From Eledone cirrhosa (taxonomy: Eukaryota), in the NCBI GenBank assembly GCA_964016885.1, contig OZ024742.1:377332001-377396000 (forward strand): a stretch of DNA of 64,000 nt. The letters run 5' to 3'. How positions within the stretch are numbered: position 1 is the stretch's first letter; each line of letters starts with the position of its first letter. Under the pieces are notes generated by a model. That model did not search any database and was not told the DNA's origin. It was given only the letters and a program-made list of their open reading frames with translations. Shown piece after piece: positions 24,501 through 45,500 of the stretch. The position numbers were made by a program, and so were the translations under genes.

Positions 24501-27500
24501 AACTGTAACTATATATTATATTATATATCAACATAACTGTAACTATATATTATATATCAACATAACTGTAACTATATATTATATTATATATCAACATAAC
24601 TGTAACTATATATTATATTATATATCAACATAACTGTAACCATATATTATATATCAACATAACTGTAACTATATATTATATATCAACTTAACTGTAACTA
24701 TATATTATATATCAACATAACTGAAACTATATATTATATTATATATCAACATAACTGTAACTATATATTATATATAAACATAACTGTAACTAGATATAAT
24801 ATATCAACATAACTGTAACTATATATTATATTATATATCAACATAACTGTAACCATATATTATATTATATATCAACATAACTGTAACTATATATTATATA
24901 TCAACATAGCTGTAACTATATATTATATATCAACATAACTGTAACAATATATTATATTATATATCAACATATATGTAACTATATATTATATATCAACTTA
25001 ACTGTAACTATATATTATATATCAACATAACTGTAACTATATATTATATTATATATCAACATAACTGTAACTATATATTATATATCAACTTAACTGTAAC
25101 TATATATTATATATCAACATAACTGTAACTATATATTATATTATATATCAACATAAATGTAACCCTATATTATATAATATATCAACATAACTGTAACTAT
25201 ATATTATATTATATATCAACATAACTGTAACTATATATTATATATCAACATAACTGTAACTATATATTATATATCAACATAACTGTAACTATATATTATA
25301 TTATATATCAACATAACTGTAACTATATATTATATTATATATCAACATAACTGTAAATATATATTATATTATATATCAACATAACTGTAACTATATATTA
25401 TATATCAACATAACTGTAACTATATATTATATATCAACATAACTGTAACTATATATTATATATCAACATAACTGTAACTATATATTATATTAAATATCAA
25501 CATAACTGTAACTATATATTATATTATATATCATCATAACTGTAACTATATATTATATTATATATCAACATAACTGTAACCATATATTATATATCAACAT
25601 AATTGTAACTATATATTATATATCAACATAACTGTAACTATATATTATATATCAACATAACTGTAACTATATATTATATTATATATCAACATAACTGTAA
25701 CTATATATTATATATCAACTTAACTGTAACTATATATTATATATCAACATAAGGGTAACTATATATTAGATTATATATCAACATAACTGTAACTATATAT
25801 TATATTATATATCAACATAACTGTAAATATATATTATATTATATATCAACATAACTATAACTATATATTATATATCAACATAACTGTAACTATATATTAT
25901 ATATCAACATAACTGTAACTATATATTATATTAAATATCAACATAACTGTAACTATATATTATATTATATATCAACTTAACTGTAACTATATATTATATA
26001 TCAACATAACTGTAACTATATATTATATTATATATCAACATAACTGTAACTATATATTATATTATATATCAACATAACTGTAAATATATATTATATTATA
26101 TATCAACATAACTGTAACTATATATTATATATCAAATAACTGTAACTATATATTATATATCAACATAACTGTAACTATATATTATATTAAATATCAACAT
26201 AACTGTAACTATATATTATATTATATATCATCATAACTGTAACTATATATTATATTATATATCAACATAACTGTAACCATATATTATATATCAACATAAT
26301 TGTAACTATATATTATATATCAACATAACTGTAACTATATATTATATATCAACATAACTGTAACTATATATTATATTATATATCAACATAACTGTAACTA
26401 TATATTATATATCAACATAAATGTAACTAAATATTATATATCAACATAATTCTAACTATATATTATATATCAACATAGCCGTAACTATATATTATATATC
26501 AAAATAACTGTAACTATATATTATATTATATATCAACATAACTGTAACTATATATTATATATCAACATAGCTGTAACTATATATTATATATCAACATAAC
26601 TGTAACAATATATTATATTATATATCAACATAAATGTAACAATATATTATATATCAACTTAACTGTAACTATATATTATATTATATATCAACATAACTGT
26701 AACTATATATTATATATCAACATAACTGTAACTATATATTATATTATATATCAACATAACTGTAACTATATATTATATTATATATCAACATAGCTGTAAC
26801 CATATAATATATATCAACATAACTGTAACTATATATTATATATCAACTTAACTGTAACTATATATTATATATCAACATAACTGTAACTATATATTATATT
26901 ATATATCAACATAACTGTAACTATATATTATATATAAACATAACTGTAACTAGATATAATATACCAACATAACTGTAACTATATATTATATTATATATCA
27001 ACATAACTGTAACCATATATTATATTATATATCAACATAACTGTAACTATATATTATATATCAACATAGCTGTAACTATATATTATATATCAACATAACT
27101 GTAACAATATATTATATTATATATCAACATATATGTAACTATATATTATACATCAACTTAACTGTAACTATATATTATATATCAACATAAATGTAACCCT
27201 ATATTATATAATATATCAACATAACTATAACTATATATTATATTATATATCAACATAACTGTAACTATATATTATATATCAACATAACTGTAACTATATA
27301 TTATATATCAACATAACTGTAACTACATATTATATATCAACATAACTGTAAATATATATTATATTAGATATCAACATAACTGTAACTATATATTATATAT
27401 CAACTTAACTGTAACTATATATTATATATCAACATAACTGTAACTATATATTATATTATATATCAACATAACTGTAACTATATATTATATTATATATCAA

Positions 27501-30500
27501 CATAACTGTAAATATATATTATATTATATATCAACATAACGGTAACTATATATTATATATCAACATAAATGTAACTATATATTATATATCAACATAACTG
27601 TAACTATATATTATATTAAATATCAACATAACTGTAACTATATATTATATTATATATCATCATAACTGTAACTATATATTATATTATATATCAACATAAC
27701 TGTAACCATATATTATATATCAACATAATTGTAACTATATATTATATATCAACATAACTTTAACTATATATTATATATCAACATAACTGTAACTATATAT
27801 TATATTATATATCAACATAACTGTAACTATATATTATATTATATATCAACATAACTGTAACTAAATATTATATATCAACATAATTCTAACTATATATTAT
27901 ATATCAACATAGCCGTAACTTTATATTATATATCAAAATAACTGTAACTATATATTATATTATATATCAACATAACTGTAACTATATATTATATATCAAC
28001 ATAACTGTAACTATATAATAGATATCAACATAACTGTAACTATATATTATATTATATATCAACATAACTGTAACTATATATTATACATCAACATAACTGT
28101 AACTATATATTATATATCAACATAGCTGAAACTATATATTATATATCAACATAACTGTAACTATATATTATATTATATATCAACATAACTGTAACTATAT
28201 ATTATATTATATATCAACATAACTGTAACTATATAATATATATCAACTTAACTGTAACTATATATTATATATCAACATAACTGTAACTATATATTATACT
28301 ATATATCAACATAACTGTAACTATATATTATATTATATATCAACATAACTGTAAATATATATTATATTATATATCAACATAACTGTAACTATATATTATA
28401 TATCAACATAACTGTAAGTATAGATTATATATCAACATAACTGTAACTATATATTATATATCAACATAACTGTAAATATATTATATTATATATCAACATA
28501 ACTGTAACTATATATTATATTATATATCATCATAACTGTAACTATATATTATATTATATATCAACATAACTGTAACCATATATTATATATCAACATAATT
28601 GTAACTATATATCATATATCAACATAACTGTAACTATATATTATATATCAATATAACTGTAACTATATATTATATTATATATCAACATAACTGTAACTAT
28701 ATATTATATATCAACATAACTGTAACTATGTATTATATATCAACATAATTGTAACTATATATTATATATCAACATAACTGTAACTATATATTATATATCA
28801 ACATAACTGTAACTATATATTATATTATATATCAACATAACTGTAACTATATATTATATATCAACATAACTGTAACTATATATTATATTATATATCAACA
28901 TAACTGTAACTATATATTATATTATATATCAACATAACTGTAACCATATATTATATATCAACATAACTGTAACTATATATTATATATCAACTTAACTGTA
29001 ACTATATATTATATATCAACATAACTGTAACTATATATTATATTATATATCAACATAACTGTAACTATATATTATATATAAACATAACTGTAACTAGATA
29101 TAATATATCAACATAACTGTAACTATATATTATATTATATATCAACATAACTGTAACCATATATTATATTATATATCAACATAACTGTAACTATATATTA
29201 TATATCAACATAGCTGTAACTATATATTATATATCAACATAACTGTAACAATATATTATATTATATATCAACATATATGTAACTATATATTATATATCAA
29301 CTTAACTGTAACTATATATTATATATCAACATAACTGTAACTATATATTATATTATATATCAACATAACTGTAACTATATATTATATTATATATCAACAT
29401 AAATGTAACCCTATATTATATAATATATCAACATAACTGTAACTATATATTATATTATATATCAACATAACTGTAACTATATATTATATATCAACATAAC
29501 TGTAACTATATATTATATATCAACATAACTGTAACTATATATTATATTATATATCAACATAACTGTAACTATATATTATATTATATATCAACATAACTGT
29601 AAATATATATTATATTATATATCAACATAACTGTAACTATATATTATATATCAACATAACTGTAACTATATATTATATATCAACATAACTGTAACTATAT
29701 ATTATATTATATATCAACATAACTGTAACCATATATTATATATCAACATAATTGTAACTATACATTATATATCACCATAACTGTAACTATATATTATATA
29801 TCAACATAACTGTAACTATATATTATATTATATATCAACTTAACTGTAACTATATATTATATATCAACTTAACTGTAACTATATATTATATATCAACATA
29901 ACTGTAACTATATATTATATTATATATCAACATAAATGTAACCCTATATTATATAATATATCAACATAACTGTAACTATATATTATATTATATATCAACA
30001 TAACTGTAACTATATATTATATATCAACATAACTGTAACTATATATTATATATCAACATAACTGTAACTATATATTATATTATATATCAACATAACTGTA
30101 ACTATATATTATATTATATATCAACATAACTGTAAATATATATTATATTATAAATCAACATAACTGTAACTATATATTATATATCAACATAACTGTAACT
30201 ATATATTATATATCAACATAACTGTAACTATATATTATATTATATATCAACATAACTGTAACCATATATTATATATCAACATAATTGTAACTATATATTA
30301 TATATCAACATAACTGTAACTATATATTATATATCAACATAACTGTAACTATATATTATATTATATATCAACATAACTGTAACTATATATTATATATCAA
30401 CTTAACTGTAACTATATATTATATATCAACATAACTGTAACTATATATTATATTATATATCAGCATAAATGTAACCCTATATTATATAATATATCAACAT

Positions 30501-33500
30501 AACTGTAACTATATATTATATTATATATCAATATAACTGTAACTATATATTATATATCAACATAACTGTAACTATATATTATATATCAACATAACTGTAA
30601 CTATATATTATATATCAACATAACTGTAACTATATATTATATTATATATCAACATAACTGTAACTATATATTATATATCAACTTAACTGTAACTATATAT
30701 TATATATCAACATAACTGTAACTATATATTATATTATATATCAACATAACTGTAACTATATATTATATTATATATCAACATAACTGTAAATATATATTAT
30801 ATTATATATCAACATAACTGTAACTATATATTATATATCAACATAACTGTAACTATATATTATATATCAACATAACTGTAACTATATATTATATTAAATA
30901 TCAACATAACTGTAACTATATATTATATTATATATCATCATAACTGTAACTATATATTATATTATATATCAACATAACTGTAACCATATATTATATATCA
31001 ACATAATTGTAACTATATATTATATATCAACATAACTGTAACTATATATTATATATCAACATAACTGTAACTATATATTATATATTATATTATATATCAA
31101 CATAACTGTAACTATATATTATATATCAACATAAATGTAACTAAATATTATATATCAACATAATTCTAACTATATATTATACATCAACATAGCCGTAACT
31201 ATATATTATATATCAAAATAACTGTAACTATATATTATATTATATATCAACATAACTGTAACTATATATTATATATCAACATAGCTGTAACTATATATTA
31301 TATATCAACATAACTGTAACAATATATTATATTATATATCAACATAAATGTAACAATATATTATATATCAACTTAACTGTAACTATATATTATATTATAT
31401 ATCAACATAACTGTAACTATATATTATATATCAACATAACTGTAACTATATATTATATTATATATCAACATAACTGTAACTATATATTATATTATATATC
31501 AACATAGCTGTAACCATATAATATATATCAACATAACTGTAACTATATATTATATATCAACTTAACTGTAACTATATATTATATATCAACATAACTGTAA
31601 CTATATATTATATTATATATCAACATAACTGTAACTATATATTATATATAAACATAACTGTAACTAGATATAATATATCAACATAACTGTAACTATATAT
31701 TATATTATATATCAACATAACTGTAACCATATATTATATTATATATCAACATAACTGTAACTATATATTATATATCAACATAGCTGTAACTATATATTAT
31801 ATATCAACATAACTGTAACAATATATTATATTATATATCAACATATATGTAACTATATATTATACATCAACTTAACTGTAACTATATATTATATATCAAC
31901 ATAAATGTAACCCTATATTATATAATATATCAACATAACTGTAACTATATATTATATTATATATCAACATAACTGTAACTATATATTATATATCAACATA
32001 ACTGTAACTATATATTATATATCAACATAACTGTAACTACATATTATATATCAACATAACTGTAAATATATATTATATTAGATATCAACATAACTGTAAC
32101 TATATATTATATATCAACTTAACTGTAACTATATATTATATATCAACATAACTGTAACTATATATTATATTATATATCAACATAACTGTAACTATATATT
32201 ATATTATATATCAACATAACTGTAAATATATATTATATTATATATCAACATAACGGTAACTATATATTATATATCAACATAAATGTAACTATATATTATA
32301 TATCAACATAACTGTAACTATATATTATATTAAATATCAACATAACTGTAACTATATATTATATTATATATCATCATAACTGTAACTATATATTATATTA
32401 TATATCAACATAACTGTAACCATATATTATATATCAACATAATTGTAACTATATATTATATATCAACATAACTTTAACTATATATTATATATCAACATAA
32501 CTGTAACTATATATTATATTATATATCAACATAACAGTAACTATATATTATATATCAACATAACTGTAACTAAATATTATATATCAACATAATTCTAACT
32601 ATATATTATATATCAACATAGCCGTAACTTTATATTATATATCAAAATAACTGTAACTATATATTATATTATATATCAACATAACTGTAACTATATATTA
32701 TATATCAACATAACTGTAACTATATAATAGATATCAACATAACTGTAACTATATATTATATTATATATCAACATAACTGTAACTATATATTATACATCAA
32801 CATAACTGTAACTATATATTATATATCAACATAGCTGAAACTATATATTATATATCAACATAACTGTAACTATATATTATATTATATATCAACATAACTG
32901 TAACTATATATTATATTATATATCAACATAACTGTAAATATATATTATATTATAAATCAACATAACTGTAACTATATATTATATATCAACATAACTGTAA
33001 CTATATATTATATATCAACATAACTGTAACTATATATTATATTATATATCAACATAACTGTAACCATATATTATATATCAACATAATTGTAACTATATAT
33101 TATATATCAACATAACTGTAACTATATATTATATATCAACATAACTGTAACTATATATTATATTATATATCAACATAACTGTAACTATATATTATATATC
33201 AACTTAACTGTAACTATATATTATATATCAACATAACTGTAACTATATATTATATTATATATCAGCATAAATGTAACCCTATATTATATAATATATCAAC
33301 ATAACTGTAACTATATATTATATTATATATCAATATAACTGTAACTATATATTATATATCAACATAACTGTAACTATATATTATATATCAACATAACTGT
33401 AACTATATATTATATATCAACATAACTGTAACTATATATTATATTATATATCAACATAACTGTAACTATATATTATATATCAACTTAACTGTAACTATAT

Positions 33501-36500
33501 ATTATATATCAACATAACTGTAACTATATATTATATTATATATCAACATAACTGTAACTATATATTATATTATATATCAACATAACTGTAAATATATATT
33601 ATATTATATATCAACATAACTGTAACTATATATTATATATCAACATAACTGTAACTATATATTATATATCAACATAACTGTAACTATATATTATATTAAA
33701 TATCAACATAACTGTAACTATATATTATATTATATATCATCATAACTGTAACTATATATTATATTATATATCAACATAACTGTAACCATATATTATATAT
33801 CAACATAATTGTAACTATATATTATATATCAACATAACTGTAACTATATATTATATATCAACATAACTGTAACTATATATTATATATTATATTATATATC
33901 AACATAACTGTAACTATATATTATATATCAACATAAATGTAACTAAATATTATATATCAACATAATTCTAACTATATATTATACATCAACATAGCCGTAA
34001 CTATATATTATATATCAAAATAACTGTAACTATATATTATATTATATATCAACATAACTGTAACTATATATTATATATCAACATAGCTGTAACTATATAT
34101 TATATATCAACATAACTGTAACAATATATTATATTATATATCAACATAAATGTAACAATATATTATATATCAACTTAACTGTAACTATATATTATATTAT
34201 ATATCAACATAACTGTAACTATATATTATATATCAACATAACTGTAACTATATATTATATTATATATCAACATAACTGTAACTATATATTATATTATATA
34301 TCAACATAGCTGTAACCATATAATATATATCAACATAACTGTAACTATATATTATATATCAACTTAACTGTAACTATATATTATATATCAACATAACTGT
34401 AACTATATATTATATTATATATCAACATAACTGTAACTATATATTATATATAAACATAACTGTAACTAGATATAATATATCAACATAACTGTAACTATAT
34501 ATTATATTATATATCAACATAACTGTAACCATATATTATATTATATATCAACATAACTGTAACTATATATTATATATCAACATAGCTGTAACTATATATT
34601 ATATATCAACATAACTGTAACAATATATTATATTATATATCAACATATATGTAACTATATATTATACATCAACTTAACTGTAACTATATATTATATATCA
34701 ACATAAATGTAACCCTATATTATATAATATATCAACATAACTGTAACTATATATTATATTATATATCAACATAACTGTAACTATATATTATATATCAACA
34801 TAACTGTAACTATATATTATATATCAACATAACTGTAACTACATATTATATATCAACATAACTGTAAATATATATTATATTAGATATCAACATAACTGTA
34901 ACTATATATTATATATCAACTTAACTGTAACTATATATTATATATCAACATAACTGTAACTATATATTATATTATATATCAACATAACTGTAACTATATA
35001 TTATATTATATATCAACATAACTGTAAATATATATTATATTATATATCAACATAACGGTAACTATATATTATATATCAACATAAATGTAACTATATATTA
35101 TATATCAACATAACTGTAACTATATATTATATTAAATATCAACATAACTGTAACTATATATTATATTATATATCATCATAACTGTAACTATATATTATAT
35201 TATATATCAACATAACTGTAACCATATATTATATATCAACATAATTGTAACTATATATTATATATCAACATAACTTTAACTATATATTATATATCAACAT
35301 AACTGTAACTATATATTATATTATATATCAACATAACAGTAACTATATATTATATATCAACATAACTGTAACTAAATATTATATATCAACATAATTCTAA
35401 CTATATATTATATATCAACATAGCCGTAACTTTATATTATATATCAAAATAACTGTAACTATATATTATATTATATATCAACATAACTGTAACTATATAT
35501 TATATATCAACATAACTGTAACTATATAATAGATATCAACATAACTGTAACTATATATTATATTATATATCAACATAACTGTAACTATATATTATACATC
35601 AACATAACTGTAACTATATATTATATATCAACATAGCTGAAACTATATATTATATATCAACATAACTGTAACTATATATTATATTATATATCAACATAAC
35701 TGTAACTATATATTATATTATATATCAACATAACTGTAACTATATAATATATATCAACTTAACTGTAACTATATATTATATATCAACATAACTGTAACTA
35801 TATATTATACTATATATCAACATAACTGTAACTATATATTATATTATATATCAACATAACTGTAAATATATATTATATTATATATCAACATAACTGTAAC
35901 TATATATTATATATCAACATAACTGTAAGTATAGATTATATATCAACATAACTGTAACTATATATTATATATCAACATAACTGTAAATATATTATATTAT
36001 ATATCAACATAACTGTAACTATATATTATATTATATATCATCATAACTGTAACTATATATTATATTATATATCAACATAACTGTAACCATATATTATATA
36101 TCAACATAATTGTAACTATATATCATATATCAACATAACTGTAACTATATATTATATATCAATATAACTGTAACTATATATTATATTATATATCAACATA
36201 ACTGTAACTATATATTATATATCAACATAACTGTAACTATGTATTATATATCAACATAATTGTAACTATATATTACATATCAACATAACTGTAACTATAT
36301 ATTATATATCAACATAACTGTAACTATATATTATATTATATATCAACATAACTGTAACTATATATTATATATCAACATAACTGTAACTATATATTATATT
36401 ATATATCAACATAACTGTAACTATATATTATATTATATATCAACATAACTGTAACCATATATTATATATCAACATAACTGTAACTATATATTATATATCA

Positions 36501-39500
36501 ACTTAACTGTAACTATATATTATATATCAACATAACTGTAACTATATATTATATTATATATCAACATAACTGTAACTATATATTATATATAAACATAACT
36601 GTAACTAGATATAATATATCAACATAACTGTAACTATATATTATATTATATATCAACATAACTGTAACCATATATTATATTATATATCAACATAACTGTA
36701 ACTATATATTATATATCAACATAGCTGTAACTATATATTATATATCAACATAACTGTAACAATATATTATATTATATATCAACATATATGTAACTATATA
36801 TTATATATCAACTTAACTGTAACTATATATTATATATCAACATAACTGTAACTATATATTATATTATATATCAACATAAATATAACTATATATTATATTA
36901 TATATCAACATAAATGTAACCCTATATTATATAATATATCAACATAACTGTAACTATATATTATATTATATATCAACATAACTGTAACTATATATTATAT
37001 ATCAACATAACTGTAACTATATATTATATATCAACATAACTGTAACTATATATTATATATCAACATAACTGTAACTATATATTATATTATATATCAACAT
37101 AACTGTAACTATATATTATATTATATATCAACATAACTGTAAATATATATTATATTATATATCAACATAACTGTAACTATATATTATATATCAACATAAC
37201 TGTAACTATATATTATATATCAACATAACTGTAACTATATATTATATTATATATCAACATAACTGTAACCATATATTATATATCAACATAATTCTAACTA
37301 TATATTATATATCAACATAACTGTAACTATATATTATATATCAACATAACTGTAACTATATATTATATTATATATCAACTTAACTGTAACTATATATTAT
37401 ATATCAACTTAACTGTAACTATATATTATATATCAACATAACTGTAACTATATATTATATTATATATCAACATAAATGTAACCCTATATTATATAATATA
37501 TCAACATAACTGTAACTATATATTATATTATATATCAACATAACTGTAACTATATATTATATATCAACATAACTGTAACTATATATTATATATCAACATA
37601 ACTGTAACTATATATTATATTATATATCAACATAACTGTAACTATATATTATATTATATATCAACATAACTGTAAATATATATTATATTATATATCAACA
37701 TAACTGTAACTATATATTATATATCAACATAACTGTAACTATATATTATATATCAACATAACTGTAACTATATATTATATATCAACATAACTGTAACTAT
37801 ATATTATATTATATATCAACATAACTGTAACCATATATTATATATCAACATAATTGTAACTATATATTATATATCAACATAACTGTAACTATATATTATA
37901 TATCAACATAACTGTAACTATATATTATATTATATATCAACATAACTGTAACTATATATTATATATCAACTTAACTGTAACTATATATTATATATCAACA
38001 TAACTGTAACTATATATTATATTATATATCAACATAAATGTAACCCTATATTATATAATATATCAACATAACTGTAACTATATATTATATTATATATCAA
38101 TATAACTGTAACTATATATTATATATCAACATAACTGTAACTATATATTATATATCAACATAACTGTAACTATATATTATATATCAACATAACTGTAACT
38201 ATATATTATATTATATATCAACATAACTGTAACTATATATTATATATCAACTTAACTGTAACTATATATTATATATCAACATAACTGTAACTATATATTA
38301 TATTAAATATCAACATAACTGTAACTATATATTATATTATATATCATCATAACTGTAACTATATATTATATTATATATCAACATAACTGTAACCATATAT
38401 TATATATCAACATAATTGTAACTATATATTATATATCAACATAACTGTAACTATATATTATATATCAACATAACTGTAACTATATATTATATATTATATT
38501 ATATATCAACATAACTGTAACTATATATTATATATCAACATAAATGTAACTAAATATTATATATCAACATAATTCTAACTATATATTATATATCAACATA
38601 GCCGTAACTATATATTATATATCAAAATAACTGTAACTATATATTATATTATATATCAACATAACTGTAACTATATATTATATATCAACATAGCTGTAAC
38701 TATATATTATATATCAACATAACTGTAACAATATATTATATTATATATCAACATAAATGTAACAATATATTATATATCAACTTAACTGTAACTATATATT
38801 ATATTATATATCAACATAACTGTAACTATATATTATATATCAACATAACTGTAACTATATATTATATTATATATCAACATAACTGTAACTATATATTATA
38901 TTATATATCAACATAACTGTAACCATATAATATATATCAACATAACTGTAACTATATATTATATATCAACTTAACTGTAACTATATATTATATATCAACA
39001 TAACTGTAACTATATATTATATTATATATCAACATAACTGTAACTATATATTATATATAAACATAACTGTAACTAGATATAATATATCAACATAACTGTA
39101 ATTATATATTATATTATATATCAACATAACTGTAACCATATATTATATTATATATCAACATAACTGTAACTATATATTATATATCAACATAGCTGTAACT
39201 ATATATTATATATCAACATAACTGTAACAATATATTATATTATATATCAACATATATGTAACTATATATTATACATCAACTTAACTGTAACTATATATTA
39301 TATATCAACATAAATGTAACCCTATATTATATAATATATCAACATAACTGTAACTATATATTATATTATATATCAACATAATTGTAACTATATATTATAT
39401 ATCAACATAACTGTAACTATATATTATATATCAACATAACTGTAACTACATATTATATATCAACATAACTGTAACTATATATTATATTATATATCAACAT

Positions 39501-42500
39501 AACTGTAACTATATATTATATATCAACTTAACTGTAACTATATATTATATATCAACATAACTGTAACTATATATTATATTATATATCAACATAACTGTAA
39601 CTATATATTATATTATATATCAACATAACTGTAAATATATATTATATTATATATCAACATAACTGTAACTATATATTATATATCAACATAACTGTAACTA
39701 TATAATATATATCAACATAACTGTAACTATATATTATATTAAATATCAACATAACTGTAACTATATATTATATTATATATCATCATAACTGTAACTATAT
39801 ATAATATTATATATCAACATAACTGTAACCATATATTATATATCAACATAATTGTAACTATATATTATATATCAAAATAACTGTAACTATATATTATATT
39901 ATATATCAACATAACTGTAACTATATATTATATATCAACATAGCTGTCACTATATATTATATATCAACATAACTGTAACAATATATTATATTATATATCA
40001 ACATAAATGTAACAATATATTATATATCAACTTAACTGTAACTATATATTATATTATATATCAACATAACTGTAACTATATATTATATATCAACATAACT
40101 GTAACTATATATTATATTATATATCAACATAACTGTAACTATATATTATATTATATATCAACATAGCTGTAACCATATAATATATATCAACATAACTGTA
40201 ACTATATATTATATATCAACTTAACTGTAACTATATATTATATATCAACATAACTGTAACTATATATTATATTATATATCAACATAACTGTAACTATATA
40301 TTATATATAAACATAACTGTAACTAGATATAATATATCAACATAACTGTAACTATATATTATATTATATATCAACATAACTGTAACCATATATTATATTA
40401 TATATCAACATAACTGTAACTATATATTATATATCAACATAGCTGTAACTATATATTATATATCAACATAACTGTAACAATATATTATATTATATATCAA
40501 CATATATGTAACTATATATTATACATCAACTTAACTGTAACTATATATTATATATCAACATAAATGTAACCCTATATTATATAATATATCAACATAACTG
40601 TAACTATATATTATATTATATATCAACATAACTGTAACTATATATTATATATCAACATAACTGTAACTATATATTATATATCAACATAACTGTAACTACA
40701 TATTATATATCAACATAACTGTAAATATATATTATATTAGATATCAACATAACTGTAACTATATATTATATATCAACTTAACTGTAACTATATATTATAT
40801 ATCAACATAACTGTAACTATATATTATATTATATATCAACATAACTGTAACTATATATTATATTATATATCAACATAACTGTAAATATATATTATATTAT
40901 ATATCAACATAACGGTAACTATATATTATATATCAACATAAATGTAACTATATATTATATATCAACATAACTGTAACTATATATTATATTAAATATCAAC
41001 ATAACTGTAACTATATATTATATTATATATCATCATAACTGTAACTATATATTATATTATATATCAACATAACTGTAACCATATATTATATATCAACATA
41101 ATTGTAACTATATATTATATATCAACATAACTTTAACTATATATTATATATCAACATAACTGTAACTATATATTATATTATATATCAACATAACTGTAAC
41201 TATATATTATATATCAACATAACTGTAACTAAATATTATATATCAACATAATTCTAACTATATATTATATATCAACATAGCCGTAACTTTATATTATATA
41301 TCAAAATAACTGTAACTATATATTATATTATATATCAACATAACTGTAACTATATATTATATATCAACATAACTGTAACTATATAATAGATATCAACATA
41401 ACTGTAACTATATATTATATTATATATCAACATAACTGTAACTATATATTATACATCAACATAACTGTAACTATATATTATATATCAACATAGCTGAAAC
41501 TATATAATATATATCAACATAACTGTAACTATATATTATATTATATATCAACATAACTGTAACTATATATTATATTATATATCAACATAACTGTAACTAT
41601 ATAATATATATCAACTTAACTGTAACTATATATTATATATCAACATAACTGTAACTATATATTATACTATATATCAACATAACTGTAACTATATATTATA
41701 TTATATATCAACATAACTGTAAATATATATTATATTATATATCAACATAACTGTAACTATATATTATATATCAACATAACTGTAAGTATAGATTATATAT
41801 CAACATAACTGTAACTATATATTATATATCAACATAACTGTAACTATATATTATATTATATATCAACATAACTGTAACTATATATTATATTATATATCAT
41901 CATAACTGTAACTATATATTATATTATATATCAACATAACTGTAACCATATATTATATATCAACATAATTGTAACTATATATCATATATCAACATAACTG
42001 TAACTATATATTATATATCAATATAACTGTAACTATATATTATATTATATATCAACATAACTGTAACTATATATTATATATCAACATAACTGTAACTATG
42101 TATTATATATCAACATAATTGTAACTATATATTATATATCAACATAACTGTAACTATATATTATATATCAACATAACTGTAACTATATATTATATTATAT
42201 ATCAACATAACTGTAACTATATATTATATATCAACATAACTGTAACTATATATTATATTATATATCAACATAACTGTAACTATATATTATATTATATATC
42301 AACATAACTGTAACCATATATTATATATCAACATAACTGTAACTATATATTATATATCAACTTAACTGTAACTATATATTATATATCAACATAACTGTAA
42401 CTATATATTATATTATATATCAACATAACTGTAACTATATATTATATATAAACATAACTGTAACTAGATATAATATATCAACATAACTGTAACTATATAT

Positions 42501-45500
42501 TATATTATATATCAACATAACTGTAACCATATATTATATTATATATCAACATAACTGTAACTATATATTATATATCAACATAGCTGTAACTATATATTAT
42601 ATATCAACATAACTGTAACAACATATTATATTATATATCAACATATATGTAACTATATATTATATATCAACTTAACTGTAACTATATATTATATATCAAC
42701 ATAACTGTAACTATATATTATATTATATATCAACATAACTGTAACTATATATTATATTATATATCAACATAAATGTAACCCTATATTATATAATATATCA
42801 ACATAACTGTAACTATATATTATATTATATATCAACATAACTGTAACTATATATTATATATCAACATAACTGTAACTATATATTATATATCAACATAACT
42901 GTAACTATATATTATATTATATATCAACATAACTGTAACTATATATTATATTATATATCAACATAACTGTAAATATATATTATATTATATATCAACATAA
43001 CTGTAACTATATATTATATATCAACATAACTGTAACTATATATTGTATATCAACATAACTGTAACTATATATTATATTATATATCAACATAACTGTAACC
43101 ATATATTATATATCAACATAATTGTAACTATATATTATATATCAACATAACTGTAACTATATATTATATATCAACATAACTGTAACTATATATTATATTA
43201 TATATCAACATAAATGTAACCCTATATTATATAATATATCAACATAACTGTAACTATATATTATATTATATATCAACATAACTGTAACTATATATTATAT
43301 ATCAACATAACTGTAACTATATATTATATATCAACATAACTGTAACTATATATTATATTATATATCAACATAACTGTAACTATATATTATATTATATATC
43401 AACATAACTGTAAATATATATTATATTATATATCAACATAACTGTAACTATATATTATATTATATATCAACATAACTGTAACCATATATTATATATCAAC
43501 ATAATTGTAACTATATATTATATATCAACATAACTGTAACTATATATTATATATCAACATAACTGTAACTATATATTATATTATATATCAACATAACTGT
43601 AACTATATATTATATATCAACTTAACTGTAACTATATATTATATATCAACATAACTGTAACTATATATTATATTATATATCAACATAAATGTAACCCTAT
43701 ATTATATAATATATCAACATAACTGTAACTATATATTATATTATATATCAATATAACTGTAACTATATATTATATATCAACATAACTGTAACTATATATT
43801 ATATATCAACATAACTGTAACTATATATTATATATCAACATAACTGTAACTATATATTATATTATATATCAACATAACTGTAACTATATATTATATATCA
43901 ACTTAACTGTAACTATATATTATATATCAACATAACTGTAACTATATATTATATTATATATCAACATAACTGTAACTATATATTATATTATATATCAACA
44001 TAACTGTAAATATATATTATATTATATATCAACATAACTGTAACTATATATTATATATCAACATAACTGTAACTATATATTATATATCAACATAACTGTA
44101 ACTATATATTATATTAAATATCAACATAACTGTAACTATATATTATATTATATATCATCATAACTGTAACTATATATTATATTATATATCAACATAACTG
44201 TAACCATATATTATATATCAACATAATTGTAACTATATATTATATATCAACATAACTGTAACTATATATTATATATCAACATAACTGTAACTATATATTA
44301 TATATTATATTATATATCAACATAACTGTAACTATATATTATATATCAACATAAATGTAACTAAATATTATATATCAACATAATTCTAACTATATATTAT
44401 ATATCAACATAGCCGTAACTATATATTATATATCAAAATAACTGTAACTATATATTATATTATATATCAACATAACTGTAACTATATATTATATATCAAC
44501 ATAGCTGTAACTATATATTATATATCAACATAACTGTAACAATATATTATATTATATATCAACATAAATGTAACAATATATTATATATCAACTTAACTGT
44601 AACTATATATTATATTATATATCAACATAACTGTAACTATATATTATATATCAACATAACTGTAACTATATATTATATTATATATCAACATAACTGTAAC
44701 TATATATTATATTATATATCAACATAACTGTAACCATATAATATATATCAACATAACTGTAACTATATATTATATATCAACTTAACTGTAACTATATATT
44801 ATATATCAACATAACTGTAACTATATATTATATTATATATCAACATAACTGTAACTATATATTATATATAAACATAACTGTAACTAGATATAATATATCA
44901 ACATAACTGTAACTATATATTATATTATATATCAACATAACTGTAACCATATATTATATTATATATCAACATAACTGTAACTATATATTATATATCAACA
45001 TAGCTGTAACTATATATTATATATCAACATAACTGTAACAATATATTATATTATATATCAACATATATGTAACTATATATTATACATCAACTTAACTGTA
45101 ACTATATATTATATATCAACATAAATGTAACCCTATATTATATAATATATCAACATAACTGTAACTATATATTATATTATATATCAACATAATTGTAACT
45201 ATATATTATATATCAACATAACTGTAACTATATATTATATATCAACATAACTGTAACTACATATTATATATCAACATAACTGTAACTATATATTATATTA
45301 TATATCAACATAACTGTAACTATATATTATATATCAACTTAACTGTAACTATATATTATATATCAACATAACTGTAACTATATATTATATTATATATCAA
45401 CATAACTGTAACTATATATTATATTATATATCAACATAACTGTAAATATATATTATATTATATATCAACATAACTGTAACTATATATTATACATCAACAT